A DNA stretch of 58,934 nucleotides, counting the filler, from Sphacelaria rigidula (taxonomy: Eukaryota): the NCBI GenBank assembly GCA_964200075.2. It is 7 parts of 7 records of this genome, joined end to end, with 100 filler letters (N's around TTAATTAATTAA, not from the genome) between each part and the next. Parts side by side here need not be neighbours in the genome. Positions count along the whole stretch, not along the records: positions 42,169 to 50,501 come from CAXNAA020011489.1; positions 50,602 to 58,934 come from CAXNAA020011490.1; 5 more parts are not named here. The stretch is one strand, 5' to 3'. The notes beneath the pieces are model-generated. The model was given only the letters and a program-made list of their open reading frames with translations. It was not told the DNA's origin and made no database searches. This document shows, piece after piece, positions 48,626 through 58,934 of the stretch. Position numbers and translations under genes: made by a program. The stretch's first letter is position 1; every line of letters starts with the position of its first letter.

Positions 48626-48958
48626 GGTACAGCAAGGATATTGCGTGGGAATCAGTGTGTTCCGAATGTATCCGCGGGACGGGGATTGCTGGGGTCGAGA
48701 GCGATTGTGATTTGGCGTGGAGCGAACACATGCTGCAGAATAACGCCCATGTACGAGGATCCTGCTTGTCACAGGAGCAACTCAGGTAGTCTGCATACCG
48801 TTGGAAAGTAAAAAATACCCATGTGAACTGCAAACAACCCTGTCGCCGAACTGATTACCTTGCGTAGTTTCAATAAGCCGAGTCTACAAACTAAGATACC
48901 TAGAGTGCGGAGTAACACCACCGCGACTCACGGCGCCACCTGATCGATTCCGCTCACC

Positions 48959-49595
48959 CGATCACGTCTTGGCATCCGAACAAGGCTTGCAGGACGGTAT
49001 TGAAGCAACAGTCGTTCTTCACGTTCACCAGACCCCTAGGGGTCAGGAACCTTCTCTTCGTGGACTGCGCGGCCGCCGCCAAGCGCGCCCAGACGCAGCG
49101 TCCTCGCCAGCGCGCCCCTACCTTTACCGCTGCGCGGCGCTGCCTCTCCAGCACCTGGCGGGTCATGAAGCCTCGCCACTCAACCAATCACGCCTTGGCA
49201 TCCGAACAAGGCTTGCAGGACGGTATTGAAGCAACAGTCGTTCTTCACGTTCACCAGACCCCTAGGGGTCAGGAACCTTCTCTTCGTGGACTGAGCGGCC
49301 GCCGCCCACCGCGCCCGGACCCTGTGTCCCCGCCAGCGCACCGCGATATCGACACCGGCGGGCTATGAAGCCTCGCCGCTCGCCCTATCACGTCTTGGCA
49401 TCTCAACAACGCTTCCAAAACGGCATCAAAGAAACACTCGTTCTTCGCATTCACGAGACCCCTAGGGGTCAGAGCCCTCCTCTTCGCGGGCCGGGCGGCC
49501 GCCGCCGAGCGCCTCCGGGCGCAGCGTCCCCTCCAGCACGCCGCGATTGTCATGGCGGCGTGGCACTGCCTCTGCAGCGCACGGCGAGCCATGAA
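48959..49595 (-). pseudogene. Three tandem fragments encoding an IQ-like motif plus a ubiquitin-specific protease (peptidase C19) Cys box
   Basis: AAVKVGARWRGRCVWARL...LTPRGLVNVKNDCCFNTVLQALFGC and AAMTIAACWRGRCARRR...LTPRGLVNAKNECFFDAVLEALLRC, compared with the USP consensus GLxNxGNxCxxNxxLQxL. A donor-like G|GTGAG follows the outermost copy. Confidence 0.7.
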
Positions 49596-49674
49596 CCCTC
49601 ACATGGCCGAGTGTATGACAACCGCGGACTTCTTCGCGTCAAGTCCGCGGTTGTCGTACAATCGTCCATGTGAG

Positions 49675-49890
49675 GGTTCACGGCCCGACGTGTGCTCCAG
49701 AGGCAGTGCCACGCGGCCGTGAAGATCGCGGTGCGCTAGAGGGTCCGCTGCGTCCGGGCGCGGTTGGCGGCGGCTGCCCGGCCCGCGAAGAAGAGGTCTC
49801 TGACCCCTAGGGGCCTCGTCAACGCCAAGAACGACTGCTTCTGTGACGCCATTCTGCAAGCCTTGTTGGGCTGTGAATAAGGTGTGATCG
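49675..49890 (+). pseudogene. Mirror copy of the IQ-like plus USP Cys-box fragment, with in-frame stops
   Basis: AAVKIAVR*RVRCVRARL..LTPRGLVNAKNDCFCDAILQALLGCE*, followed by ATCGG|GTGAG. Confidence 0.7.
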
Positions 49891-50501
49891 GGTGAGCGGA
49901 ATCGATCAGGTGATGCCGTGAGTCGCGTTGGTGTGACTCCGCACTGCAGGTATCGTAGTTGTTGACCCGGTTTATTGGAACTATGCAAGGTAATCAGTTC
50001 GGCGACAGTGTCGTTTGTAGTTCACATGAATATTTTTGACTTCCCAACGGTGTGCAGACTACGTGGGTCGCTTCTGTGACAAGCAAGATCCTCGTACATG
50101 GACGTTATCCCGTAGCTAGTATTCGCCCTGAGCCAGTCACAATCGCTCTCGACCCCAGCAATCCCCATTCCGCGGGCCCGTCCCTCGTTGGGCGTGAAAA
50201 CACAACATTCAGCCTCATCGATGCCGTTGAATCTGCGGTGGAGCAGTGTCTTGAGGGGGCGGACGAGACTGCCGGTGCTGTCCTCGTTGTGCAGCTTTGT
50301 CGCATCGTATCGGCAACGTATCGGCAAGGAGTCGTATGGCGGTGACGTAGGCGTAGGCTCCATCAACGCTGCTTAGGGGGTGAGTTCTTCATTTGGCTTG
50401 CACAGTGATGGCGCCCGAGTAGGCTGGACTCGAGGCTGTTAGTGTGTTCGGCTACCGATGGGGTTGAAGTAGTAGCAGAAGTAGCCGTAGCAGGTGCAAC
50501 A

Positions 50502-50601
50502 NNNNNNNNNNNNNNNNNNNNNNNNNNNNNNNNNNNNNNNNNNNNTTAATTAATTAANNNNNNNNNNNNNNNNNNNNNNNNNNNNNNNNNNNNNNNNNNN
50601 N
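50502..50601. other. Artificial scaffold linker
   Basis: N44-TTAATTAATTAA-N44. Confidence 0.98.
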
Positions 50602-51360
50602 ATGAGATATTGCTTTTAGAGCTTAAATCAGTTTTTAGGCTGGCCCAGCTCGTAGCGAGTTTCGAGGATGTAAGCGTGTACCATGAGGACAACTGGGGAC
50701 AAGCGATTCCCGAATTCCTATACGCGACTTCAGCCGTCGCCCAAGCACGACTCTAATCTGGATCACCACACGCCATGCCTTCTTCCCTAGATTGTCCCTA
50801 CGAAGAATCACCGGAGCAGCCTACTCCTAGCATGCTCGCTCACCGCACACCAGCACAACACGTGTTTTTGCATCACACGATTGTATGTGAAGATCCCGAA
50901 CTCTGCAGGTCGTCATTGCACATGTTGCGACGAAAGGGATGATTTCGCGCACATCTGCAGAGATGTCGGGGGCTGTTGTGGTTGTAAAAATGTGTTCAGC
51001 CCAGTCTGGCGACCTCGGGCTGTAGTGGATGTTTACGTGCGCGTTCCTTGTTCTGCCAACCCGCTCTTCGTGCCTCGTTCCGCAATGCTGACTAGTTCTT
51101 TGTTTGACACCGCCGCAAATCCCAATCGACAACATCATCTCTCCCTCTTCTGTTCGCGAGCTTTCATTGAAAAACACCGATGACTTCAGCGAAAGTCTTG
51201 GTCGACCCAGAGCTATCGCCCCTGAAATTGATCGGCGGTCACATGCGAAGTTTCAATTTCCCTTCCATTCACTATGTCACGATCCATTCCCGATCTCACC
51301 AACAAACTGTTGAAAGCAGTTTCGGTCACCTTGTTTCTGATAAAGGCTAAGCAGGTGTGG

Positions 51361-51700
51361 CTAGGTGCGCTCCATTAATGCCGCGTATACGTATGTCGAC
51401 GACAATGCCGCCGGAGGAGCAATGGCGGAGAGGAAGCTCTTCGCCCGTGTCCGTTGTGTGTCCTCGGCGACTCTCAATCGGTCGAAAGATGGACATAAGG
51501 TTACTACCGCACAGGCCGTTTGTCAGCCCTTCCGTCGGCACAACAACGGCAGGCGGTACTAGTTTTACAGCCCAAAATAAAGATGCGGGTTGAACTCCCG
51601 CAACGCGACCGATGTATCCATGCGGTGTCTGCCCGCTGCCCACTGCAAAGATCGATTCGTTTCTGCCTCTCTTTTTGGACAGGACGTGCCTCTGCGCGCT
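51361..51700 (+). repeat. Locally duplicated exon-intron-exon-like segment (second copy 54261-54575)
   Basis: tag|VRSINAAYTYVDDNAAGGAMAERKLFARVRCVSS versus tag|MHRMNAVYTRVDDDTTRGATAERELLARVLRVSS. Both copies share GATCGATTC..TCTGCCTCTCTT..CAG|GACG. Confidence 0.7.
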
Positions 51701-52439
51701 ACAGAACGCGTCCTAGAACAGGGCTATGTTTCCGTCACCGCTACCGTCCTCACACACACACGGGAGAGCAAGGTCGGATGCACCCAGATGCGGTCGGCGG
51801 TCAGGGGCGTTATCTCACGTATCATGTGCAGCTTGCCCTGAGAGCAGCAGCGCAGATTACGGTTAAATCAATATTGAACCCACGAACATGAAGACTTCTC
51901 TGCCGATTACTCAGCTCCTACTGGAGTGATCCACAGGGAGGCTGACACACTGTGATCTGTGCGCTGCAGCGCACATTTTCTGTGATGTACAGTCGATGCG
52001 CACTCTGATGGATGGGGAGTGGTGACGTCTTCAGTTATTAGACCCGATCAAGGCCACCACAAGCGTTTGCCTGACGCAAGCTTGGTTCCACCACGAGCAA
52101 AAATGTTGCGTAGCATATGGACTACATGACAGTTTATTCGTCCACCACGAGCAAAGGCGTTCGCATAACATGTGGACTACTTGTCATTTCATTTATGGTC
52201 TACGCTGTCGAACGCTGACCTAAAACGTATTGTCTGAGACAGGTTGCGTTAGCTCCCAAGGAGCGCAGCTGAGAGAAGCCCACACAAATGAAAAACTGCT
52301 GACCGTAAACAATGTGTTTCTGTCTCCTCTCCAGTATGAACAGATTCCGAATTTGGAACTACTTTAAGAGGTTCAAAACGGGTGTCAGAAGATGATGGAA
52401 TGCGCTTTCCCCGGCTTCCATCAGGGGTCAAGAAAATAC

Positions 52440-53044
52440 CAGGGCTATGCACGTTACACGTGCCATAGCGTTACACGTTACGTTCACGTTACGTTTTGGC
52501 CGAAACGTAACGTGAACGTGAATATTTTTTTACGTGATGAACGTAATGTAAACGTAACGTTAAATTTTTTCACGTGATGAACGTAGCGTGAACGTAACGT
52601 GAATTTTTCAAATGTAACGTTAACGTAATGTTAAATTTATTTCGTGACACACGTCACGTAACGCGAACGTTAATTTTTTTTCACGTGATGAACGTAAGGT
52701 GGACGTGAACGTGTACATGTATAGCCAGGGCTATACACGTTACACGTGCCATAGCGTTACACGTTACGTTTACGTTACGTCATGGCCGAAACGTAACGTG
52801 AACGTTAAAAAGATTTTACGTGATGAACGTCAGGTGAACGTTACGTTAAATTTTCAAATGTCACGTTAACGTAACATTAATTTTTTTTTACGTGATGAAC
52901 GTAACGTGAGCGTAACGTTAAAATTTCAAATGTAACGTGAAGGTAACGTTATATTTTCTTCACGTGACACACGTCACGCAACGTGAACGTCAAAAACATT
53001 ATACTTGATAAACGTAACGTGAACGTGTAACGTGTATAGCCCTG
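52440..53044. mobile_element. hAT-superfamily MITE, head-to-tail dimer, with a perfect 8-bp TSD
   Basis: GAAAATAC|CAGGGCTATGCACGTTACACGT...ACGTGTAACGTGTATAGCCCTG|GAAAATAC. A second CAGGGCTATACACGTTACACGT starts at 52726. The interior is built of AACGT/ACGTT motifs. Confidence 0.92.
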
Positions 53045-53172
53045 GAAAATACGCCACAGTTCGTCAAGCATTGCTGGAATTGGTATAGGTATTAGTGTGA
53101 AAGTAAAATGAAGCGTCCCCGTTTGTGTTCAAAATAGACACTCCATTGCTGAAAGCGTCTTACAAAAGTGAA

Positions 53173-53422
53173 GGACACTTTCTATGATAGCCCCCCCCCC
53201 CCAAAAAAGTGGCTAGTTTGGGGTGGCAAAACCTACACGTAGACTAAAATTATAAAAGCTGAGAAAATGAGCAGCTGGGAACTCCCACGCTTAGGTTCGT
53301 TATCGCCAATGTTGCTCAGATGAGGCGCTTCATGCAGCCTGAAACCAAACATCAGGCGCTGTATGACCATTTTCTTCGTGATAATTTTGGGCTGGTTTTG
53401 GGGGGGTGGCTATCGTAGAAAG
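53173..53422. mobile_element. GACACTTTCTACGATAGCC-family MITE
   Basis: GGACACTTTCTATGATAGCCCC...GGCTATCGTAGAAAG, with an interior like that of the 4161 copy. Confidence 0.85.
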
Positions 53423-54260
53423 ACTCGAAAGGGAAGTTTCATATATGCAAAGCTACTTGTTCTTGGGCGATTTTCCGTAGGGCTCGATAAAGTGCAACGT
53501 TAAAAGAATTACTTTAACAGCTTTGCTGTTCCGATACAAACCATTCCAATACACGAGAGCACATACGAAACGGCAGCAATAGTGTTTCGCTCCAAGTACA
53601 AGGCGATCATACGATTGTCTTCGTGAACCGCAACAGTACAGTGGTGACAATGGGTCAAAGTCATACAGGCAGCACCACAGAAGTCTGCTGCGAAATCGTC
53701 TCAAAGCCTGTTCAACTGTAGTTTATTGTAAGGATAGTCTTCTGCAGGTTAAGATGGACATTAATAGCCAACAGTTTGTATCCATTGTCGATGGCAACGG
53801 TCATCGAAAATCGGCTTCCTTGGCCTATTGTTGAAACAAATGTCTATCGCAATTACTTTTCGGAAATCTACTATTTTGGACAACGGGCATCGGTGGCCAA
53901 CTTCGTCCCTTCATTGTTGTTACGATGGTGTATCGCGACCATTGCCCCATATCTGTCGTTGCCAACAACGTTTGTCGAAAGACAGCGTGCGAAATCGATT
54001 GTGGTCGGCAACGGCTGTTGTCAACCACGGTTTTGGGATATCGCAATGGGAATGTTCTATTACCTATTATACCGCCGTCCGGCGTATAAGCAGATTACAG
54101 TTCCACGCAAAGCACCCTCTAACAAAGGATTGTGAAAAATGAGGTTGAACAGTGAAATGGGGTTCAAGCGGCCTTACAATGATCCATTTTTTGTGCAATA
54201 TGGTATTGCTGAAAGAAAGCAATTTGGCAATCAAAACCTGTCGCAGTTAATCAGGTGTTG

Positions 54261-54575
54261 CTAGATGCACCGAATGAACGCGGTGTACACGCGTGTCGAT
54301 GACGACACCACTAGAGGAGCAACGGCGGAGAGGGAGCTCCTCGCCCGTGTCCTTCGTGTGTCCTCTTTCGACGATTCCCAATCGCTGCAGAGATTGGTAT
54401 CATGTTTCCAAGCACATACTAAATTTACCATGTATGTGCCGGCAGGCGAGTGATTGTAACACATTCCCCCAAACAAGATCGGGATGCGTCGAGGGTTGTC
54501 GTTTCTTGTATGTGCCGCTGACCAATGCAAGGATCGATTCATGTCTGCCTCTCTTGTTGGGCAGGACGCGCCAAT
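54261..54575 (+). repeat. Second copy of the duplicated segment at 51361
   Basis: GGAGCAA.GGCGGAGAGG.AGCTC.TCGCCCGTGTCC is shared. Confidence 0.7.
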
Positions 54576-56259
54576 TGAAAGTGCGGCTGTGGTCTGTGTA
54601 CAATACCCAGTGTTCAAATATCAACCTGACAGGAACTACAATCGGTTCAACTCGTGAACCCAGCATCGACAAGATAGCTTGCAGAGGATGCACAGAGTTG
54701 GTCAAACACTTGCTTCGTGCAGTACAGAAAGTAAGATGGTTTTCACTTGGCGCTTCACTTGGCCGGACTCAAATCAAACACAGTCTCTACTCAACAGAAA
54801 ACTAAACGACAAGCTGGTGAGCCTGTCTTGAGGTGGGGGGCTTTGGAGAGTGGCAGCGTAGGGTCATGTCAATCTCTCCACAAAACTCTTGGATACTAAA
54901 AAAACATTCATCCAACTGTTGATACCTTAGCCTTTAAATAAAAAACTCTTCATGGCTCTGACAAAATGCTGATTTTCTGCATACGAGGTGTACAATACAT
55001 GAGCTGTTCATTATTTTACGACGGATGTTCCACCTTTTGGGTTACTACTGCGATCTTTGTTGCTAATGCTCGACCGTAACTGGTTTTAACCCTGATCTCG
55101 AGTATGCATCAGGAACAGCTACTTCCTAAATTCCAACAGCATCTCTGTACGCTGCGAATCGAACTCGCACTTCTGTTGCTCGTGAGAACGAACTTCCACT
55201 GAGTCAATCAGTTAGCGCTGACTGAGTGGCTCAGTGGTGGAGTTCATTCTCACCAACATAATACGTCGTCGAAAAGCAGGGCGATGTTCTCATCACTGCT
55301 ACTGTTTTCACACATACACATGCCAGCAAGGATGGTTGCGGCAATAAGATGCAATCGCAACTTCGGGGGTGTTGCTATCATCCTTGAGTTTACCCGACCT
55401 CTGCACTTGCGCACAACAAAAGAGAATGCCGCACATCCCGGTTGGGGGGGTGTATGAGATGTTCAAACACTCGTGGAGGCCTTCTTCGCGTGCGGAGTGA
55501 AAAATAATACCTCGCGCGGCGACCTAACTGTTGCTGGCGTGACCCATATGGCGGCTGCCATGCTGTAATCTGAGCTCTTCTGATGTACAACCGGCGCTCA
55601 GCAGGGTGTGTTTGTGGTAATCACAAAATTGCCATGTGAGGGCATCCTAAGCTGAGGTGAGAAATGCTTGTGGTTTCACCAGGAACGAGAGTGATTTATG
55701 AACAACCACTTGCCGCTGCATTTGTGACCCACGCCGTCAAGCGGTGACCAGAAAGATCTTACCTAAGAATATTCCTTTTAAGCAACGTAGTCGGCAGTAG
55801 ATCAAACAAGCCCAGACAATTACTTCGTTGCTATAATCACTGCCTGTACAGTAGTAGTGTTTCGATACTCACGAATTGTACAAGTCTTGTGAGGGAGAAC
55901 AATCTTATTTCATAGAATCAGATCGGCTCTCAAAAGCTGCGTGTCATGCTCACTACCTTGTTAAGACCACCTATGCCGAAGCCCTTGCGCATGAGCGAGA
56001 AGGAGCAGCGAAGGAGCTTGTGCTCAGTGAAGCTCAAAAGAGAAGCCGCGTCTATACGGGATGAATCTACCCCAGCGCCAAGTACCGCTGCGGATTCGCC
56101 AGGAGTAGATTGCTATTTGTGGCAACTTCGAGGTCATCCTCGGTTTCAATATCATTGCAGATGTTTGTATATACCTCAGGTTTCGGCCCATCGACTGAAT
56201 CCACCAAGGAACGTGTTCTTCAGGGTATGGATATATTCTTTGACGTATGAGAGGCGTAT

Positions 56260-56760
56260 AGAACTTACTGAAATATCTGGTAGCGGTATGAAAGTCTTAC
56301 TGGAATTTCAAAACTGTCGGGTACCGGTTTGAAGGTCTTACAGACACAATGCAGAACTTGTCGGGTAGGGTATGGGAAAATTACAGAAAAATCATACTGG
56401 CAATCGGGTATTTCTTCAAGGGCGTACCCGCGCTCCGTGTACGGGTAAACAAGATGTACAGAACTCACAGAAGTGTCAAGTAAGGGTATGGGAGGCTTAA
56501 AGAGCTCACAGAAACTGTCGGGTGGCGTGTGGAGGTTGCACACAATACCGTACCCGCAACCGGATACCTTATCAAGAGCATACCCGTGCCCCCCGGTAAC
56601 GGAACGGGGGGCTTACAGAACTCGCAGAACTATCGGGTAAGGGTGTGAAAGTTTTACAGAGTGTACAGAACTGTGGGGGTACCGGCATGATCGTCTTACA
56701 TAGTTTACAGAACTGTCGAGTACGTTAAATAGCGGGGAAAATACCCCGGGTATACAGAAA
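56260..56760 (+). repeat. Degenerate short tandem repeat (ACAGAACTGTCGGGTACCGGTATG-type)
   Basis: Recurrent TTACAGAA, CTGTCGGGTA, GGTATG and TACCCG motifs. Confidence 0.8.
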
Positions 56761-58856
56761 ACAGTATTCTACAGGACACGGCCTTGGAATCCACTGTCTG
56801 GCAACTCACACTGACGCCGTGTGAGCACAGGCCACTGGGATACACCCAGGCCTTCCAGTAGCCACCCTGACACCACTAGTCACTCACACAGAATCGATGG
56901 ATGAGTCCAGGCTAAACTGACACACCAAGCCAGTTATTACTCGTACGGAGGCCATCGCGCGAGTCGAGGTCAAAGGCACGTGCACAGAACCGACTGAAGC
57001 TTGCAGCATAGCACGCAGGAAGTATATATGTGAGGTACTATCTTAAGTACGCATCGCTCGAGTAGAACTACCGTGTCGAACACCGATGCGACACTGTAGT
57101 GACTTACCCATCAGACTATAGACTCAAGTTCACTTCATCTGGACAACCGGAGGAGAGGCTGGAAGTCCAGAAGACTTGATGACAACATGAAAATATGACG
57201 ACTGGACTATGGGGGTGTAGCCGTCGGCCCGAGACATTACACTTGACCATCCCGTTCATGCCCTGACATTCCGTTCCCGGCTCATACCCCAAAGACACGA
57301 ACCTCTTCAGTGCAAGTACGTGCAGGTATATACCCAGAGCAATCATACTGGATCTAGGACATATTTGACCAATTTGGGAATTAACCATTCAACACCATCC
57401 CTTACTTGCGCATTCTTATAGTTTCTACTTATCAACCGTCAAACTCCTTGAGCTCGAAACATGCGACGTCGGAACATAATGTCAACGTCGCAATATTGCG
57501 GTAACTCCGAACAAGGAAGAAACCGAGTAGGAACAATATTTCCCTCCGCTACTCGCAAAATCTTGTCACGAACAAAACAAAAAAACTCGCGGACGTGCTT
57601 CCCTCCCCACTTCGCATATGGTGGGACAACCTTCAGTCAACACAACATATATGGCCTCCCTTCTCAATGCGGAACAAGTGAATAAGCAATCCACGATTCA
57701 CGGTGGTACACACGCACTGGAAGCTGGTATACAGTATAGAAGCGCCTCACATGTGTCCCCTGTTTTCGATGAGGCTCTCGCCTTGCTTGCGTCATAACTC
57801 GCAAATAGTCACGAACAGGTACCGAAGCCTCCTTCGACCATGCTTTAGCAGCTGTATAGAGGACGAAGCACATATTCGCTTTGGAAAAAAACGTCAGTTG
57901 TACTGCAAAATCAAAATTGTTCACAGCCTTCACCTCTCGGGCGCAATCAGCCTTTGACTCTTCAAAGTGCGCCACATACCAAGCTCCGAAGGCGACGACA
58001 AGTGCATCACACACCACGAAACAATCGCCCTCCTGACACGAGTAACTTTTCCCTCGGGAGAAGTCGGTGTAGCAGAATCTCGAATTCGAGTCAAAAGTCG
58101 ACTACTCCGAAAAAACACAAAACCGAAACGTCAACTGCGCAATTGCACGTTGTCATCAACTCCGTGATATATACTTCAATATCTGGACCGTCATACATAA
58201 TATGCTCATGATGTATCTCTCCATCTAGCAATTCACGTCCTTATCCCTCTCCAACTTCAGCAGAACAGTCCACAACTTACTACTTCGTACATGACTTCCC
58301 TTGCAATCCAATTCAATTTCAAAGAGAAGGACTCGACTCTGCAATCAAATTTCTGAATCTCACAATTACTACTTCTGCAATACCAATCTTTCCACCTCTC
58401 AGAATAATTACTTTTACGATACTCAGCTCTTCTTCTGGTACCAAAACGCGTATAACCCGTCCGATCTCGCAGTCGCGGGGGGTAGCCGAACATCACCTAA
58501 TTTCATGGATCCGTGGATGGCTGCGCATATCGACATCCCTCACTCTGGACAACCAATAGGCATTGAGAGGAACGTCAGTCGACGGGTACAAAACATTCCC
58601 ATACTGTGTCATCAAGTACACACGACTGATCAAGCGCGCAAGAGTGGCTACATACGCTTCACGCGCTTTGACATATATCATCTCTCGACTCCGGCACCAT
58701 GCTGTAAAAGGTTGAACACTCGCACTTAATGGTTCAGCCGTGGTAAAATATGTGAACCACTGCTCACCCTCCCCGTACTCAATCACGGCCGGAGGATACC
58801 TCAACAAGGCGCAATCATGACGGTAAACAAGATCATTTCCCCCTCCCCAAGATCGC

Positions 58857-58934
58857 ATGCTCCGTCTCAAAAGGGATGCGTGGTCAATGGTCACACGACT
58901 AAGGCAAGCAACAAATGAGTACGCCCCCCCTCCC
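58857..58934 (-). repeat. Poly-G-anchored repeat at scaffold end
   Basis: ATGCTCCGTCTCAAAAGGGATGCGTGGTCAATGGTCACACGAC..GGCAAGCA..ATGAGTA followed by a C-run. Confidence 0.85.

Larger units (their letters stand above)
48672..50175. repeat. 1.5-kb palindrome (9-nt loop at 49632-49640) with a triplicated unit in the left arm
   Basis: Centre GACAACCGCGGACTT-cttcgcgtc-AAGTCCGCGGTTGTC. The outer arms match out to GGGGATTGCTGGGGTCGAGAGCGATTGTGA / TCACAATCGCTCTCGACCCCAGCAATCCCC. Left-arm units start at 48961, 49187 and 49387. Confidence 0.95.

Noticed and set aside
48954-49890. A functional deubiquitinase gene
   Set aside because: Only Cys-box fragments are present, with stops and frameshifts and no His box; kept as pseudogene fragments.
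53780-54050. Possible MITE with CCATTG..CGAT / ATCG..CAATGG ends
   Set aside because: The terminal match is short and imperfect, and there is no second copy in the window.

Overview
This is eukaryotic, intron-rich, transposon-dense DNA. It is most consistent with a stramenopile such as a brown alga, inferred from short exons, 285-950 bp GT-AG introns, roughly 50% GC and the retroelement motifs. It is not one locus. Seven unrelated scaffolds of 8333-8334 bp are joined by artificial 100-bp linkers (N44-TTAATTAATTAA-N44), so adjacency across linkers is meaningless. Two host genes are recognisable, both partial: nine in-phase exons of CYFIP/SRA1/PIR121 (18243-22861, +) and the last two exons of a 1-Cys peroxiredoxin (34193-35338, +). 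The rest is mostly mobile or repetitive: two decayed Ty1/copia remnants, a chromodomain-bearing Ty3/gypsy 3' half, a decayed element with paired 249-bp LTRs, several MITE families (hAT-, piggyBac-, Harbinger- and Tc1-like, plus unclassified ones) and satellites. The most unusual signal is three long, short-loop fold-backs on three different scaffolds. The best of them is a 1.5-kb palindrome built from an IQ-motif plus USP Cys-box exon, triplicated on one arm. No prokaryotic operon, CRISPR array, rRNA or tRNA is supported. All homology calls come from motif recognition by eye and were not searched against databases.
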